From: Candidatus Levyibacteriota bacterium
GTDB taxonomy: Bacteria; Patescibacteriota; Microgenomatia; Levybacterales; UBA12049
NCBI GenBank assembly: GCA_052034235.1
Contig: JBPOIT010000012.1
Coordinates: forward strand, 34,161 to 98,160
DNA: 64,000 bases
Direction: 5' to 3'
Every line of letters begins with the position of its first letter. Position 1 is the first letter of the stretch. The position numbers and the translations under genes are program-made. The notes under the pieces are model-generated. The model had not been told where the DNA came from. It made no database searches and saw only the letters and a program-made list of their open reading frames with translations. Shown piece after piece: positions 37,269 to 45,982 of the stretch.

Positions 37269-37979
37269 TTACTTGGCTTTTTCCTCCTTTTTTTCACGCG
37301 CTGCGCCTGGGGCAACAGGTGTTTCGTCTTTCACTAATTTTCCTTTCTCAAGTCCGATAACACGTTTTAATAAGCTGTTCACAATATCTGTATTATGTGT
37401 CGCCATAATAACTGTCGTTCCGGCTTTATTAATATCCTGAAGAAGTTTTACAATTTCCCAAGAGGTTGTATTATCCAAATTACCTGTCGGCTCATCTGCA
37501 AGCAAAATCTCAGGAGAAAAAGCGAGTGCTCTCGCAATAGCTGCACGCTGCAACTCTCCACCTGAAAGTTGTACTGGAAATTTATCACGGTGTTCTAAAA
37601 TGCCAACTTGCCCAAGGAGTTCTTCAACACGACGCTCTATCTCTTCATGGGGTGTGTTAAATACTTCAAGCGGAAAAGCGATATTTTCGTAAATAGTCCT
37701 GTCTCTAAATAATTTAAGATCCTGAAAAACAACTCCTATACTTTTTCTTAAATGCGGGACTCTTTTGTCAGGAAGATTGACTAAATCCCATTCACCGATA
37801 TGAATCGACCCATCTGTTGGTACCATATCACGAATTAAGAGACGGAAGAGTGTTGTTTTTCCAGAACCAGAAGGTCCCACAATAAAGACGAAATCGCCTC
37901 GCTCTATTGAAAAACTCACATCCTCAAGCGCGGCATTTCCTATCCCGAATTTTTTGGTTACATTTTGAAGACGAATCAT
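37269..37979 (-). CDS. ftsE: Cell division ATP-binding protein FtsE
   Basis: GPSGSGKT, GVVFQDLKL, LSGGE, ADEPTGNLD, MATH. Confidence 0.95.
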   Translation of the reverse strand: MIRLQNVTKKFGIGNAALEDVSFSIERGDFVFIVGPSGSGKTTLFRLLIRDMVPTDGSIHIGEWDLVNLPDKRVPHLRKSIGVVFQDLKLFRDRTIYENIAFPLEVFNTPHEEIERRVEELLGQVGILEHRDKFPVQLSGGELQRAAIARALAFSPEILLADEPTGNLDNTTSWEIVKLLQDINKAGTTVIMATHNTDIVNSLLKRVIGLEKGKLVKDETPVAPGAAREKKEEKAK

Positions 37980-38476
37980 AATACCTCAACTTTACCGACA
38001 TCCATTAACCACCCAGCGTGTTGCGCGGTTTGCGTAGCACCCCATACTTTGACCTTTTTCCCTACAAATTCTGACAAATCAACTGTTGATGAAGTCATGT
38101 AGACATTTTGACTTTCTCCACCTGGACGAACGAGATGATATTGGCCTTCTCCTTCAATTCCTCCTTTTTCAACAGTTCCATCAGCTGTGTCTTTAAAAGC
38201 ACTTGTATCAGTAACACCATAGGTTTTACCTTTTTCAACTGAACTCACTTTTGGAAGAGGGATTATTTGTTTACCAGAGCCTGCTGAAATCTGGCTTAAA
38301 CCAAATCCAGTGCTAACTCCCAAAACCGCAACACCCAACAAGAGTGCTATCAGCTTTGTGGGAAATGATGACGATGTTGTTGTCTCAGTAAAGCTGTGCA
38401 TAACTGGCGCATTGGCAGGACTGCTTTTCGGAGCTGAACTCGTCGCGTTACTTGTAGGGACAGGTTTATTCTCCAT
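37976..38476 (-). CDS. Single-TM hypothetical protein with small OB-like beta domain
   Basis: S/T/P-rich N-terminus, TM, then G.VEKGG..GEGQYHL...DLSEFVGKKVKVWG; ATGA overlap with ftsE. Confidence 0.75.
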   Translation of the reverse strand: MENKPVPTSNATSSAPKSSPANAPVMHSFTETTTSSSFPTKLIALLLGVAVLGVSTGFGLSQISAGSGKQIIPLPKVSSVEKGKTYGVTDTSAFKDTADGTVEKGGIEGEGQYHLVRPGGESQNVYMTSSTVDLSEFVGKKVKVWGATQTAQHAGWLMDVGKVEVL

Positions 38477-38537
38477 AGCACAGGTATCCTAACCTAAAGG
38501 ATAAAGGTCAAGTTTAGTAAAGCATATTTTTTGCCTT

Positions 38538-38576
38538 TTGGCAACTCTTGACAAGCATGGTACTATATTGTAGAGT
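38538..38576 (+). promoter_or_regulatory. Tandem sigma70 promoters for the transporter/DHFR/CofE operon
   Basis: TTGGCA(38538)-17-TACTAT with TG extension; TTGACA(38548)-17-TAGAGT. Confidence 0.55.
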
Positions 38577-38606
38577 TCTCATTGCTCAACACTTGATTAA
38601 ACTATC

Positions 38607-39260
38607 ATGTTTGGTATTCAGAAGTTAGACTTACTTATCGGCTTTTACATCACCTGTGTGCTTCTTTCCGAACTAATGGGAGCAAAAACCGTACCTCTTT
38701 TTTCGATTGGATCATTTAATGTTAACGGCACAGTGTCTCTGCTTGTACTCCCTCTTATTTACTCGATAAACGACGTCGTTGTTGAAGTCTACGGTAAAGA
38801 ACGCGCAAAAAGCTTAATCAGAACAAGCCTTGTGATGATCTTTTTTATCCTCATTTACGCACTCATTGCGACATCCTTGCCGCCAAGCACCAGGTTTAAA
38901 CCAACCGAGGCTGCATACGATACAATCTTTGGCTTATCAGCAAGGTTTGCGGCAGCAAGTCTCATTGCTTTCATCGTCAGTGAGTTTCTTGATGTGTACA
39001 TATTCTCCAAAGTTCGACAAAAACTCGGAAAAGGAAAACTATGGCTCAGAACAAACGTCTCAAATTTTGTTTCCCAATTTATAGATGTCGCGATCTTTAT
39101 GATTTTGGCATTCTATGCATTTGACCTGTCTGCTGCTGAAAACTTCAGCTTTATTGCAGGAATCGCTATCCCCTATTATCTGCTGAGATGTTTTATGTCT
39201 GTTATTGAAACACCTTTTGTTTATGTCGGCGTAAAGTGGTTAAAAAAAGAAAATAAATGA
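38607..39260 (+). CDS. VUT/YhhQ (COG1738) family transporter
   Basis: GAK, P..Y..NDVVVEVYGK, AS.IAFIVSEFLDV.IF, LWLRTNVSN..SQFID, ETPFVY. Confidence 0.9.
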   Translation: MFGIQKLDLLIGFYITCVLLSELMGAKTVPLFSIGSFNVNGTVSLLVLPLIYSINDVVVEVYGKERAKSLIRTSLVMIFFILIYALIATSLPPSTRFKPTEAAYDTIFGLSARFAAASLIAFIVSEFLDVYIFSKVRQKLGKGKLWLRTNVSNFVSQFIDVAIFMILAFYAFDLSAAENFSFIAGIAIPYYLLRCFMSVIETPFVYVGVKWLKKENK

Positions 39261-39781
39261 AAGTAATCTTGCTTTATGTTTCCTCTATCGATGGGAAAAT
39301 AACCAAATGGGGACAAAAACGTATCCATTTATGGACATCTCCTGAAGATGCCACGTATTTCCGCAGCACTGTTGAAAAAAAGAAACTTCTTGTCATGGGC
39401 AGCAGCACCTTTGATACGGTACACCCTCAACCTGAAAAAGGTATTTTACGTCTGGTTGTCACAAGAAACCCTGAGACATATAAATCATATGCTGTGCCAG
39501 GCCAATTGGAATTTATAAATAGTACACCGACAAAACTTGTTGAAAAACTTACCAATGAAGGTTATAAAGAAATGCTTCTCGTGAGTGGAAAAACGTTATC
39601 AACTGAATTCCTCAAGAAAAAACTTGTTGATGAATTATGGCTCACAATCGAGCCAAAAATATTTGGAAACGGTGACGGAATGGTTCATGATGAAAAACTG
39701 GACATTCAATTAAAAGTAGTAACAGTGCAGAAATTGAATGCTAACGGAACACTTCTAGTAAAATATAAAATTGAACGATGA
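39257..39781 (+). CDS. Dihydrofolate reductase / RibD C-terminal family protein
   Basis: SSIDGKI, WTSPEDATYF, VMGSSTF, LVDELWLTIEPKIFG.G. Confidence 0.85.
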   Translation: MKVILLYVSSIDGKITKWGQKRIHLWTSPEDATYFRSTVEKKKLLVMGSSTFDTVHPQPEKGILRLVVTRNPETYKSYAVPGQLEFINSTPTKLVEKLTNEGYKEMLLVSGKTLSTEFLKKKLVDELWLTIEPKIFGNGDGMVHDEKLDIQLKVVTVQKLNANGTLLVKYKIER

Positions 39782-40542
39782 TTGTTACAGCTTACAAAAC
39801 ACATAAAATTCAACCCGGAGAAAAAATAGAGGCTATCCTTGATCGGTACTTACCAACACTTGAAGAAAACAGTATTGTTGCTATCGCCTCAAAAATTGTA
39901 GGAATCTGCGAAGGTCGCGTTGTGAAAATTGTTTCTGAAGACAATAAAGACGAACAAAAAACTGAACTCGCAATGACAGAGGCAGATTTTTATTTGCCCC
40001 GCGAATTTAATCAATACGGGTTTATGATCACTATTAACAGAAATGTCATGGTCGCCTCAGCAGGTATTGACGAATCAAATAGCGACGGAGCATTTTCATT
40101 ATGGCCGAAGGATCCACAACTGAGTGCAAACACTATTCACGAATACTTATGCCGTAAACATAATAAAACGCATATCGGTGTCATTCTGACTGACAGTAAA
40201 CTCACGCCGCTCAGATGGGGTGTCACTGGCATTGCGATTGCATACAGCGGCTTTTCGGCACTCAATAGTTATATTGGCAAACCAGATATTTTTGGCAGAC
40301 CAATGAAGGCAGAACAAGCAAACATTGCAGATTCTATCGCAACAGCCGCAGTTGTAGAAATGGGAGAAGGCGATGAGCAACAACCTTTAGCTGTCATCAC
40401 TGATGCAAAATTCGTCAATTTTCAAGAGAGAAACCCCACTCTAGAAGAATTACAAAGTCTTAACATCAATCTGGAAGATGACGTGTATGCATCACTCCTT
40501 ACATCAGTGGCCTGGAAAAAAGGAACAAAAACAAGAGAATAA
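39778..40542 (+). CDS. CofE-family gamma-glutamyl ligase (chlamydial FolC2-like)
   Basis: ASKIV..CEGR, SAGIDESN, P.DP..SA, GVILTDS..TPLR.GVTG, D.FGR, MGEGDEQQP. Confidence 0.85.
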   Translation: MIVTAYKTHKIQPGEKIEAILDRYLPTLEENSIVAIASKIVGICEGRVVKIVSEDNKDEQKTELAMTEADFYLPREFNQYGFMITINRNVMVASAGIDESNSDGAFSLWPKDPQLSANTIHEYLCRKHNKTHIGVILTDSKLTPLRWGVTGIAIAYSGFSALNSYIGKPDIFGRPMKAEQANIADSIATAAVVEMGEGDEQQPLAVITDAKFVNFQERNPTLEELQSLNINLEDDVYASLLTSVAWKKGTKTRE

Positions 40543-40544
40543 GC

Positions 40545-41051
40545 CTATTCTGCCTGGGTATCTGATGAGGTTGCTGGGGCACAACTAAATGCGGTTACTG
40601 CTTGATTACTTGACTTTTTATCCTCCAAAATCAGCACATTCCCTTGTCCTTCCGGATTGTTGGCACAAAATGCCTGAGGAACACTTAATTGCACGACAAC
40701 AGAGCCATTTGGTGCGATTGTTCCGTAACCACCTTCTGTTATTGAAGCGCCATCAAGACCGGTAATAACTGATGACCAATCCAAGGGATCGGATTTAGGA
40801 TTGGTAATTTTTATATCGCAGAAATAATTTTCTCCAACAAGGTTACAGCCCTGACTTGGACCGACAGCAGCAGATTCAACCGTTTCAGCTTCTTTTGGTA
40901 AATCAAGACTGTGTGCAGGAGGTGCAGTTTGCCGCGTTGCAAAGACATAAAGACCGACACCACTACATATTAAAAGGATACTAATAACAAACAGCCAGTG
41001 TTTTTTTACTGTAGAAACTTTCTTGGATTTGGTACTTTTTACTTTTGCCAT
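40545..41051 (-). CDS. Membrane-anchored hypothetical protein with 4 Cys in an Ig-like extracellular part
   Basis: AGGAG before ATG 41051, TTGACA upstream; basic N-terminus followed by TM. Confidence 0.72.
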   Translation of the reverse strand: MAKVKSTKSKKVSTVKKHWLFVISILLICSGVGLYVFATRQTAPPAHSLDLPKEAETVESAAVGPSQGCNLVGENYFCDIKITNPKSDPLDWSSVITGLDGASITEGGYGTIAPNGSVVVQLSVPQAFCANNPEGQGNVLILEDKKSSNQAVTAFSCAPATSSDTQAE

Positions 41052-41128
41052 AAAATACTCTCTCCTATGAGGATAAATAGTTTTCATATGACTTGTCAAT
41101 CAGGATTTTTAAAATGAAGCTAATGACT

Positions 41129-42133
41129 TTAGAGTGTTCGGAGTTCTTCTTGAATAAACATATCTATTTCCCCATCTAACACGCCACCTGTATTACTTGT
41201 TTCGACATTTGTTCGTAAGTCTTTTACCATTTGGTATGGATGGAGAACATACGAGCGGATTTGGTTTCCCCAACCTGGAGTTTTATAGCCGCCCTTGAGC
41301 ACAGCTTCTTCTTTTTTACGTTCTTCTTCTTTTATCGCCCAGAGTTTGGCGCGAAGCAATTTCATTGCGAAATCACGATTTTGAACTTGAGATCTCTCGA
41401 CTGAAGTTGTAACAACAATTCCTGAAGGTTTATGTTTAATGCGAACTGCGGTTGAAACTTTATTCACATTTTGTCCACCATGACCCCCAGAACGGAATGC
41501 TTCAAATTCGATGTCGTCGTCTCTGATTTCAACAGTATTATCCTGATCAAGCTCAGGAAGCACTTCAAGCATAGCAAACGACGTCTGGCGAAGCTTATCA
41601 GCATTAAAAGGAGATTGGCGGACTAAGCGATGAACTCCAGCCTCGTGTTTTAAATTACCATACGCATATTTTCCCTGAACCGCAAGCGTGATACTTTTAA
41701 GTCCTGCTTCTTCACCAGGGGTTTGCTCAATTGTTTCATAAGACCAGCCCTTTTTTTCAAAATATCTTGTGTACATGCGAAAGAGCATTTCTGCCCAATC
41801 CATCGCTTCGGTACCGCCTTGTCCTGAATGAATTGCCAGAATTGCATTTGACTTATCATTGGGGCCTGAATAAAACATGAGCGTTTCGAGTTTTTTAAGT
41901 AATTGTGCTGCTTCGCCAAGTTCACCTTCTTCAACCCACATTTGCAAAAGCTCTATTTCATCAACCTCTTTTTGCAAATCAGACATTTCCTTCATTTTCT
42001 GAGCTGCAGTCTGATGATCATCCCAAAATCCTGCTTGCATTGATTCTGCTTCCAACTCTCGTATCTTTTTTTTATTTTGGTCGACATTCACACGCTCAAC
42101 CAATTTCTGTACTCTAGTTTTAACATCATCCAT
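41129..42133 (-). CDS. prfB: Peptide chain release factor 2 (no programmed frameshift)
   Basis: GGTEAMDWA, GVHRLVRQSPF, GGQNVNK, WGNQIRSYV. Confidence 0.96.
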   Translation of the reverse strand: MDDVKTRVQKLVERVNVDQNKKKIRELEAESMQAGFWDDHQTAAQKMKEMSDLQKEVDEIELLQMWVEEGELGEAAQLLKKLETLMFYSGPNDKSNAILAIHSGQGGTEAMDWAEMLFRMYTRYFEKKGWSYETIEQTPGEEAGLKSITLAVQGKYAYGNLKHEAGVHRLVRQSPFNADKLRQTSFAMLEVLPELDQDNTVEIRDDDIEFEAFRSGGHGGQNVNKVSTAVRIKHKPSGIVVTTSVERSQVQNRDFAMKLLRAKLWAIKEEERKKEEAVLKGGYKTPGWGNQIRSYVLHPYQMVKDLRTNVETSNTGGVLDGEIDMFIQEELRTL

Positions 42134-42139
42134 ACTTTT

Positions 42140-42496
42140 TTACTCCTTATCGTTCACCGATTGTAACACATGATCAGCCTGCTCTTTTATAAACTCATGC
42201 ACAAATTGAATGTCATTGGGGATTTTTTGCACACGTGAGACTGTCTCGACAACATCACCAAGGGTAATTTCCAAAGCTTGCTTTTGAATGTTTGCAATGT
42301 GCCCTAAAACGTCAGAACCTATTTTATCGGTAATCTCTTCTGCCCGATTACTACTTGCTCCAAGCACGTCAGACTGCAGATTAAACGTCGCAAAGAGATT
42401 ATTTTTTACCGGCTCAGCATAACGCGACAGCATAAAAACACTCCCAAATATAATGAGTATGAGAAAAATATTTTTCAGGACAGCAAATTTACCCAT
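42140..42496 (-). CDS. Membrane-anchored hypothetical protein
   Basis: N-terminal TM and helical domain; TATAAT 7 nt upstream; 6 nt from prfB start. Confidence 0.7.
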   Translation of the reverse strand: MGKFAVLKNIFLILIIFGSVFMLSRYAEPVKNNLFATFNLQSDVLGASSNRAEEITDKIGSDVLGHIANIQKQALEITLGDVVETVSRVQKIPNDIQFVHEFIKEQADHVLQSVNDKE

Positions 42497-42503
42497 TTCG
42501 CAT

Positions 42504-42557
42504 ATTATACCTCATCCAATCTCAAGCTTGACACCCGCATAAGAAATAGCTTATAAT
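42504..42557. promoter_or_regulatory. Divergent leaderless promoters (pur operon and prfB operon)
   Basis: +: TTGACA 42528-42533, 18 nt, TATAAT 42552-42557, 5 nt to ATG 42563; -: TATAAT 42509-42504, 7 nt to ATG 42496. Confidence 0.7.
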
Positions 42558-42562
42558 TTATT

Positions 42563-44689
42563 ATGAACTTCCATTACACGAAAGAGAAGTGCGGTGTAGT
42601 TGGAGTATGGACCATTGAAAAAGATGCTCCCTATCTAGCACGCCGCGGAATAATTTCCCTCCAACATCGCGGCCAAGAAGGCGCAGGACTCAGCGTGTTA
42701 ACCCCCCAAAAAGACATTGTTACCCATAAAGGCATGGGACTCATCCCTAACGTATTAACTGAAGAAGCAATGACTCAATTAGGATCAAGTAATTTTGCAA
42801 TTGCCCAAAATAGATACGGCACATCAGGAAGCGGCAATGTCAAAAATGCCCAGCCTATAGAGCGAAAGCATGGAGACCTACAAATGTCACTCGGACATAA
42901 CGGAAATATCCCAGATGACCTCCCACTCCTCCGCAAAAAAGCAGGCGACCACAGTAAACAAATCAGCGACACATCACTCATGGCAACACTCATTATGAAA
43001 GAACGCATGACCAGCGACAGTTGGGAAGAAGCGCTCGTTAAAGTTTTGCCAATGTTCAAAGGAGCGTTTTGCAATATCATTCTCACCAATGAACCATCTA
43101 TCTATGCAATGCGCGATCCTTTCGGCATTCGCCCATTATGTTTGGGCAAATTTGAAGACGGTTGGATAATAGCATCAGAATCTGTGTCTCTGGATTCAAC
43201 TGGAGCAGAATTTGTCAGAGATATTATGCCAGGTGAAATAATTAAAATCGATGCCAAGGGTAAGCTCACTTCATTCTTTTATGGAGAACCCAAAAAAGCG
43301 CAACATTGTATCTTCGAATACATTTATTTTGCCAGGCCTGACAGTTTCTTAAATGGAAGACGCGTTAGAGCGGGACGTGAAGAGTCGGGAAGACTGCTCG
43401 CAAAACGAATTCGCGAAAAAGGACTCAAACCAGATGTCGTTATTCCAACATTTGACTCCGGATATGCTGCTGCAAAAGGCTGTGCTGAAGAACTTGGTAT
43501 CCCAATGGTCGATGCAATCACAACAAGCCATTATGTTGGCAGAACCTTTATTCAACCGGGACAATCAAATCGCATCGCTGCGGTAAACGGCAAACACAAT
43601 ATCGTTCCTGATGAAGTGTATGGAAAAAAGATTGTAATTGTTGATGATTCAGCAGTCAGACTCACAACAAGTACACGACTTGCCAGAGGATTTCGTGAAG
43701 CAGGTGTTGCAGAAATATACATGGGCTTTGCCAGTCCTCCAGTTGTCGAACAATGTGATTTAGGGATTGATATGCGGACAAAAAAAGAGTTGCCGGCAGC
43801 CAAATTTATCAAAATGCCATTTGAAAAAATTGAAAAGAAAGTTGCAGAACACGTTGATGCAGACGCAGTCGTCTATCTTCCAATCGAAGAAACCGCTCAA
43901 GCATTTGGCGGTGTCAAAGAAGATTACTACTACTTCCCCTTCGGTGGACCTCATCCAATAAGAGGAATACAGCCAGTCTTTCCTAAAATGAAAAAGCAAC
44001 TCAGTGATAAACCAAAAATTGCAATCTTTATTTCAGGCAAAGGAACTTTTTTGCCAGATATCTTTGAATCAATTAAAAAAAGAGAAATGCATGCCGAGAT
44101 AGTAGATGTTATTTGTAATAAGCCCGATGCTCTTGGACTCGAAAAAGCTAAAAAGTATAACGCTCAAACGACCGTACTTCCCTATGTTAATAAATTTAAA
44201 GATAAAACATTACGAGAGACTTACGATAAAAACCTGATAGCACATCTTAAAAAAGTTAAACCTGATATCATACTCTTATCTGGCTGGCAAATGATTTTAA
44301 GTGAAGCATTTTTGAATGCAGCTCAAGAAATGGAAATCCCTGTTATCAATCACCACCCAGGGCTTCTGACAAGTGATACTTCAGAAGAAGTCGCAACTTC
44401 CAGAGGAAGTATTCCTGTTCTTAGAGGTGGAAGTGTTTGGAAAGATGCTTTTGAAAAGAAACTTCCTGTTTCAGGTATTACCGTGCATCAAGTCTTACCT
44501 GGTGATGGATTTGATGTCGGACCAGTTATTCTTAAAGGAGAAGTACGGATAAAAAAGGATGATACGTTTGAAAGTTGGAGAAAAAAAATGGATGAAATAG
44601 AACATCTCCTCCTGCCTGCAGCACTCAAACGGGTACTGCATGTTATGAAATCAGGAATTGATACCAGTCATGGTAAATATCCCTGGTAG
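42563..44689 (+). CDS. purF: Fused amidophosphoribosyltransferase (PurF) and GAR formyltransferase (PurN)
   Basis: EKCGVVG, LQHRGQE, HNGN, RDPFGIRPL, CIFEYIYFARPDS; then IAIFISGKG, INHHPGLL, GITVHQV, FDVGPVI. Confidence 0.92.
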   Translation: MNFHYTKEKCGVVGVWTIEKDAPYLARRGIISLQHRGQEGAGLSVLTPQKDIVTHKGMGLIPNVLTEEAMTQLGSSNFAIAQNRYGTSGSGNVKNAQPIERKHGDLQMSLGHNGNIPDDLPLLRKKAGDHSKQISDTSLMATLIMKERMTSDSWEEALVKVLPMFKGAFCNIILTNEPSIYAMRDPFGIRPLCLGKFEDGWIIASESVSLDSTGAEFVRDIMPGEIIKIDAKGKLTSFFYGEPKKAQHCIFEYIYFARPDSFLNGRRVRAGREESGRLLAKRIREKGLKPDVVIPTFDSGYAAAKGCAEELGIPMVDAITTSHYVGRTFIQPGQSNRIAAVNGKHNIVPDEVYGKKIVIVDDSAVRLTTSTRLARGFREAGVAEIYMGFASPPVVEQCDLGIDMRTKKELPAAKFIKMPFEKIEKKVAEHVDADAVVYLPIEETAQAFGGVKEDYYYFPFGGPHPIRGIQPVFPKMKKQLSDKPKIAIFISGKGTFLPDIFESIKKREMHAEIVDVICNKPDALGLEKAKKYNAQTTVLPYVNKFKDKTLRETYDKNLIAHLKKVKPDIILLSGWQMILSEAFLNAAQEMEIPVINHHPGLLTSDTSEEVATSRGSIPVLRGGSVWKDAFEKKLPVSGITVHQVLPGDGFDVGPVILKGEVRIKKDDTFESWRKKMDEIEHLLLPAALKRVLHVMKSGIDTSHGKYPW

Positions 44690-44706
44690 ATTATAAAATA
44701 GGTATT

Positions 44707-45981
44707 ATGGATAAAAAGAATGTGTTAATCATCGCATCTGGAGGCCGTGAACATGCTCTCGGCTGGAAACTTAAACAATCCGAAAAGGTGGGTAAGATTT
44801 ATTTCGCACCGGGAAATGCCGGCACCGCCAAAATTGGTATTAACACAGATATCGCAGCGCTTGATTTTGCCTCACAAATCGAATTTGCAAAAACTCACGA
44901 TATTGCACTCACCATTGCAGGCCCTGATGATATTTTGGCAGCTGGAGTTGTTGATGCATTTCAAAATGCCGGACTGAAAATTTTTGGTCCTTCAAAAGCT
45001 GCTGCACAAATTGAAGCATCAAAGGCATTTGCAAAAGACCTTATGCAAACAGAAGGTATCCCAACCGCAAAATACCAAACGTTTACTGATGCAGAAAAAG
45101 CAAAAGCATATATCAAAGAACAAGGAGCACCGATTGTTATTAAGGCAAGCGGCTTGGCACTTGGCAAAGGTGTTGTTGTAGCAATGACTCTTGAAGAAGC
45201 TGAGAAAGCAATTGAAGATGCAATGGTTACAAAAGTATTCGGAGATGCAGGATCTGAAGTTGTCATTGAAGAATTTCTACAGGGTCCTGAAGTTTCGATT
45301 CACGCCTTTTCAGACGGAGAAAACGTAGCACTCTACCCAGCTTCTCGTGATCATAAACCAATTTTCGAAGACAACAAAGGCCCCAACACAGGTGGCATGG
45401 GAACTATTGCTCCACTTCCTGAGATCTCCTCTGAGCAACTTGAAACTATAAAAAAGACAATTGTACTTCCGGCAATTGAAGGTATGAAGAAAAGAGGTAT
45501 ACCATTTGTTGGTACACTTTACCCCGGGCTTATGATGACAAAGGACGGTCCAAAAGTTATTGAATTTAATTGCAGATTTGGTGATCCAGAATTTGAATCA
45601 TACATGCGGCTTCTTAAAACAGATATCTATGACATTTTGGTCGCTTGTGTTGACGGAACACTTGCAGATCTTACGATTGAATGGCACGATCAATTCGCTT
45701 GCTGTATCATACTTGCATCAGCTGGCTATCCTGCTAGTTCACAAAAAGGTATTGCTATACAAGGACTCGAAACTGTATCTGGAGATGTTGTTGTTTTCCA
45801 TTTGGGAACCAAACAGGACGGCGAAAATATCGTCACAAATGGCGGGAGAGTTATTGGCGTAACCGCTGTTGGTAACACACTTGATGAAGCACTTGATAAA
45901 GCATATAGTGCAATTGGAGAGAACGGCATTCATTTTGAGGGAATGCAATATAGAAAAGATATAGGAAGGGTTACTGTATAA
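44707..45981 (+). CDS. purD: Phosphoribosylamine-glycine ligase
   Basis: SGGREHAL, APGNAG, KASGLALGKGV, GPNTGGMG, EFNCRFGDPE, TNGGRV. Confidence 0.97.
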   Translation: MDKKNVLIIASGGREHALGWKLKQSEKVGKIYFAPGNAGTAKIGINTDIAALDFASQIEFAKTHDIALTIAGPDDILAAGVVDAFQNAGLKIFGPSKAAAQIEASKAFAKDLMQTEGIPTAKYQTFTDAEKAKAYIKEQGAPIVIKASGLALGKGVVVAMTLEEAEKAIEDAMVTKVFGDAGSEVVIEEFLQGPEVSIHAFSDGENVALYPASRDHKPIFEDNKGPNTGGMGTIAPLPEISSEQLETIKKTIVLPAIEGMKKRGIPFVGTLYPGLMMTKDGPKVIEFNCRFGDPEFESYMRLLKTDIYDILVACVDGTLADLTIEWHDQFACCIILASAGYPASSQKGIAIQGLETVSGDVVVFHLGTKQDGENIVTNGGRVIGVTAVGNTLDEALDKAYSAIGENGIHFEGMQYRKDIGRVTV

Positions 45982-45982
45982 G

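Noticed and set aside
38571-38606. Possible preQ1-I riboswitch before the VUT/YhhQ gene (GAGTTC...AAACTA)
   Set aside because: Only a weak 4-bp stem; no proper 5-bp P1, no A-rich tail and no pseudoknot pairing; would need an Rfam scan to revive
39778-40542. Coenzyme F420 biosynthesis
   Set aside because: No cofC/cofD/cofGH in the window; neighbours and motifs fit the folate-linked CofE-like branch better
42497-42562. Switch in coding strand near 42.5 kb as a possible replication origin
   Set aside because: 66-nt gap filled by two promoters; no DnaA-box cluster; explained by one long operon
42558-42562. Purine or ZTP riboswitch, or PurR box, for the pur operon
   Set aside because: Only 5 nt between the -10 and the ATG, and internal gaps are too short; no motif seen
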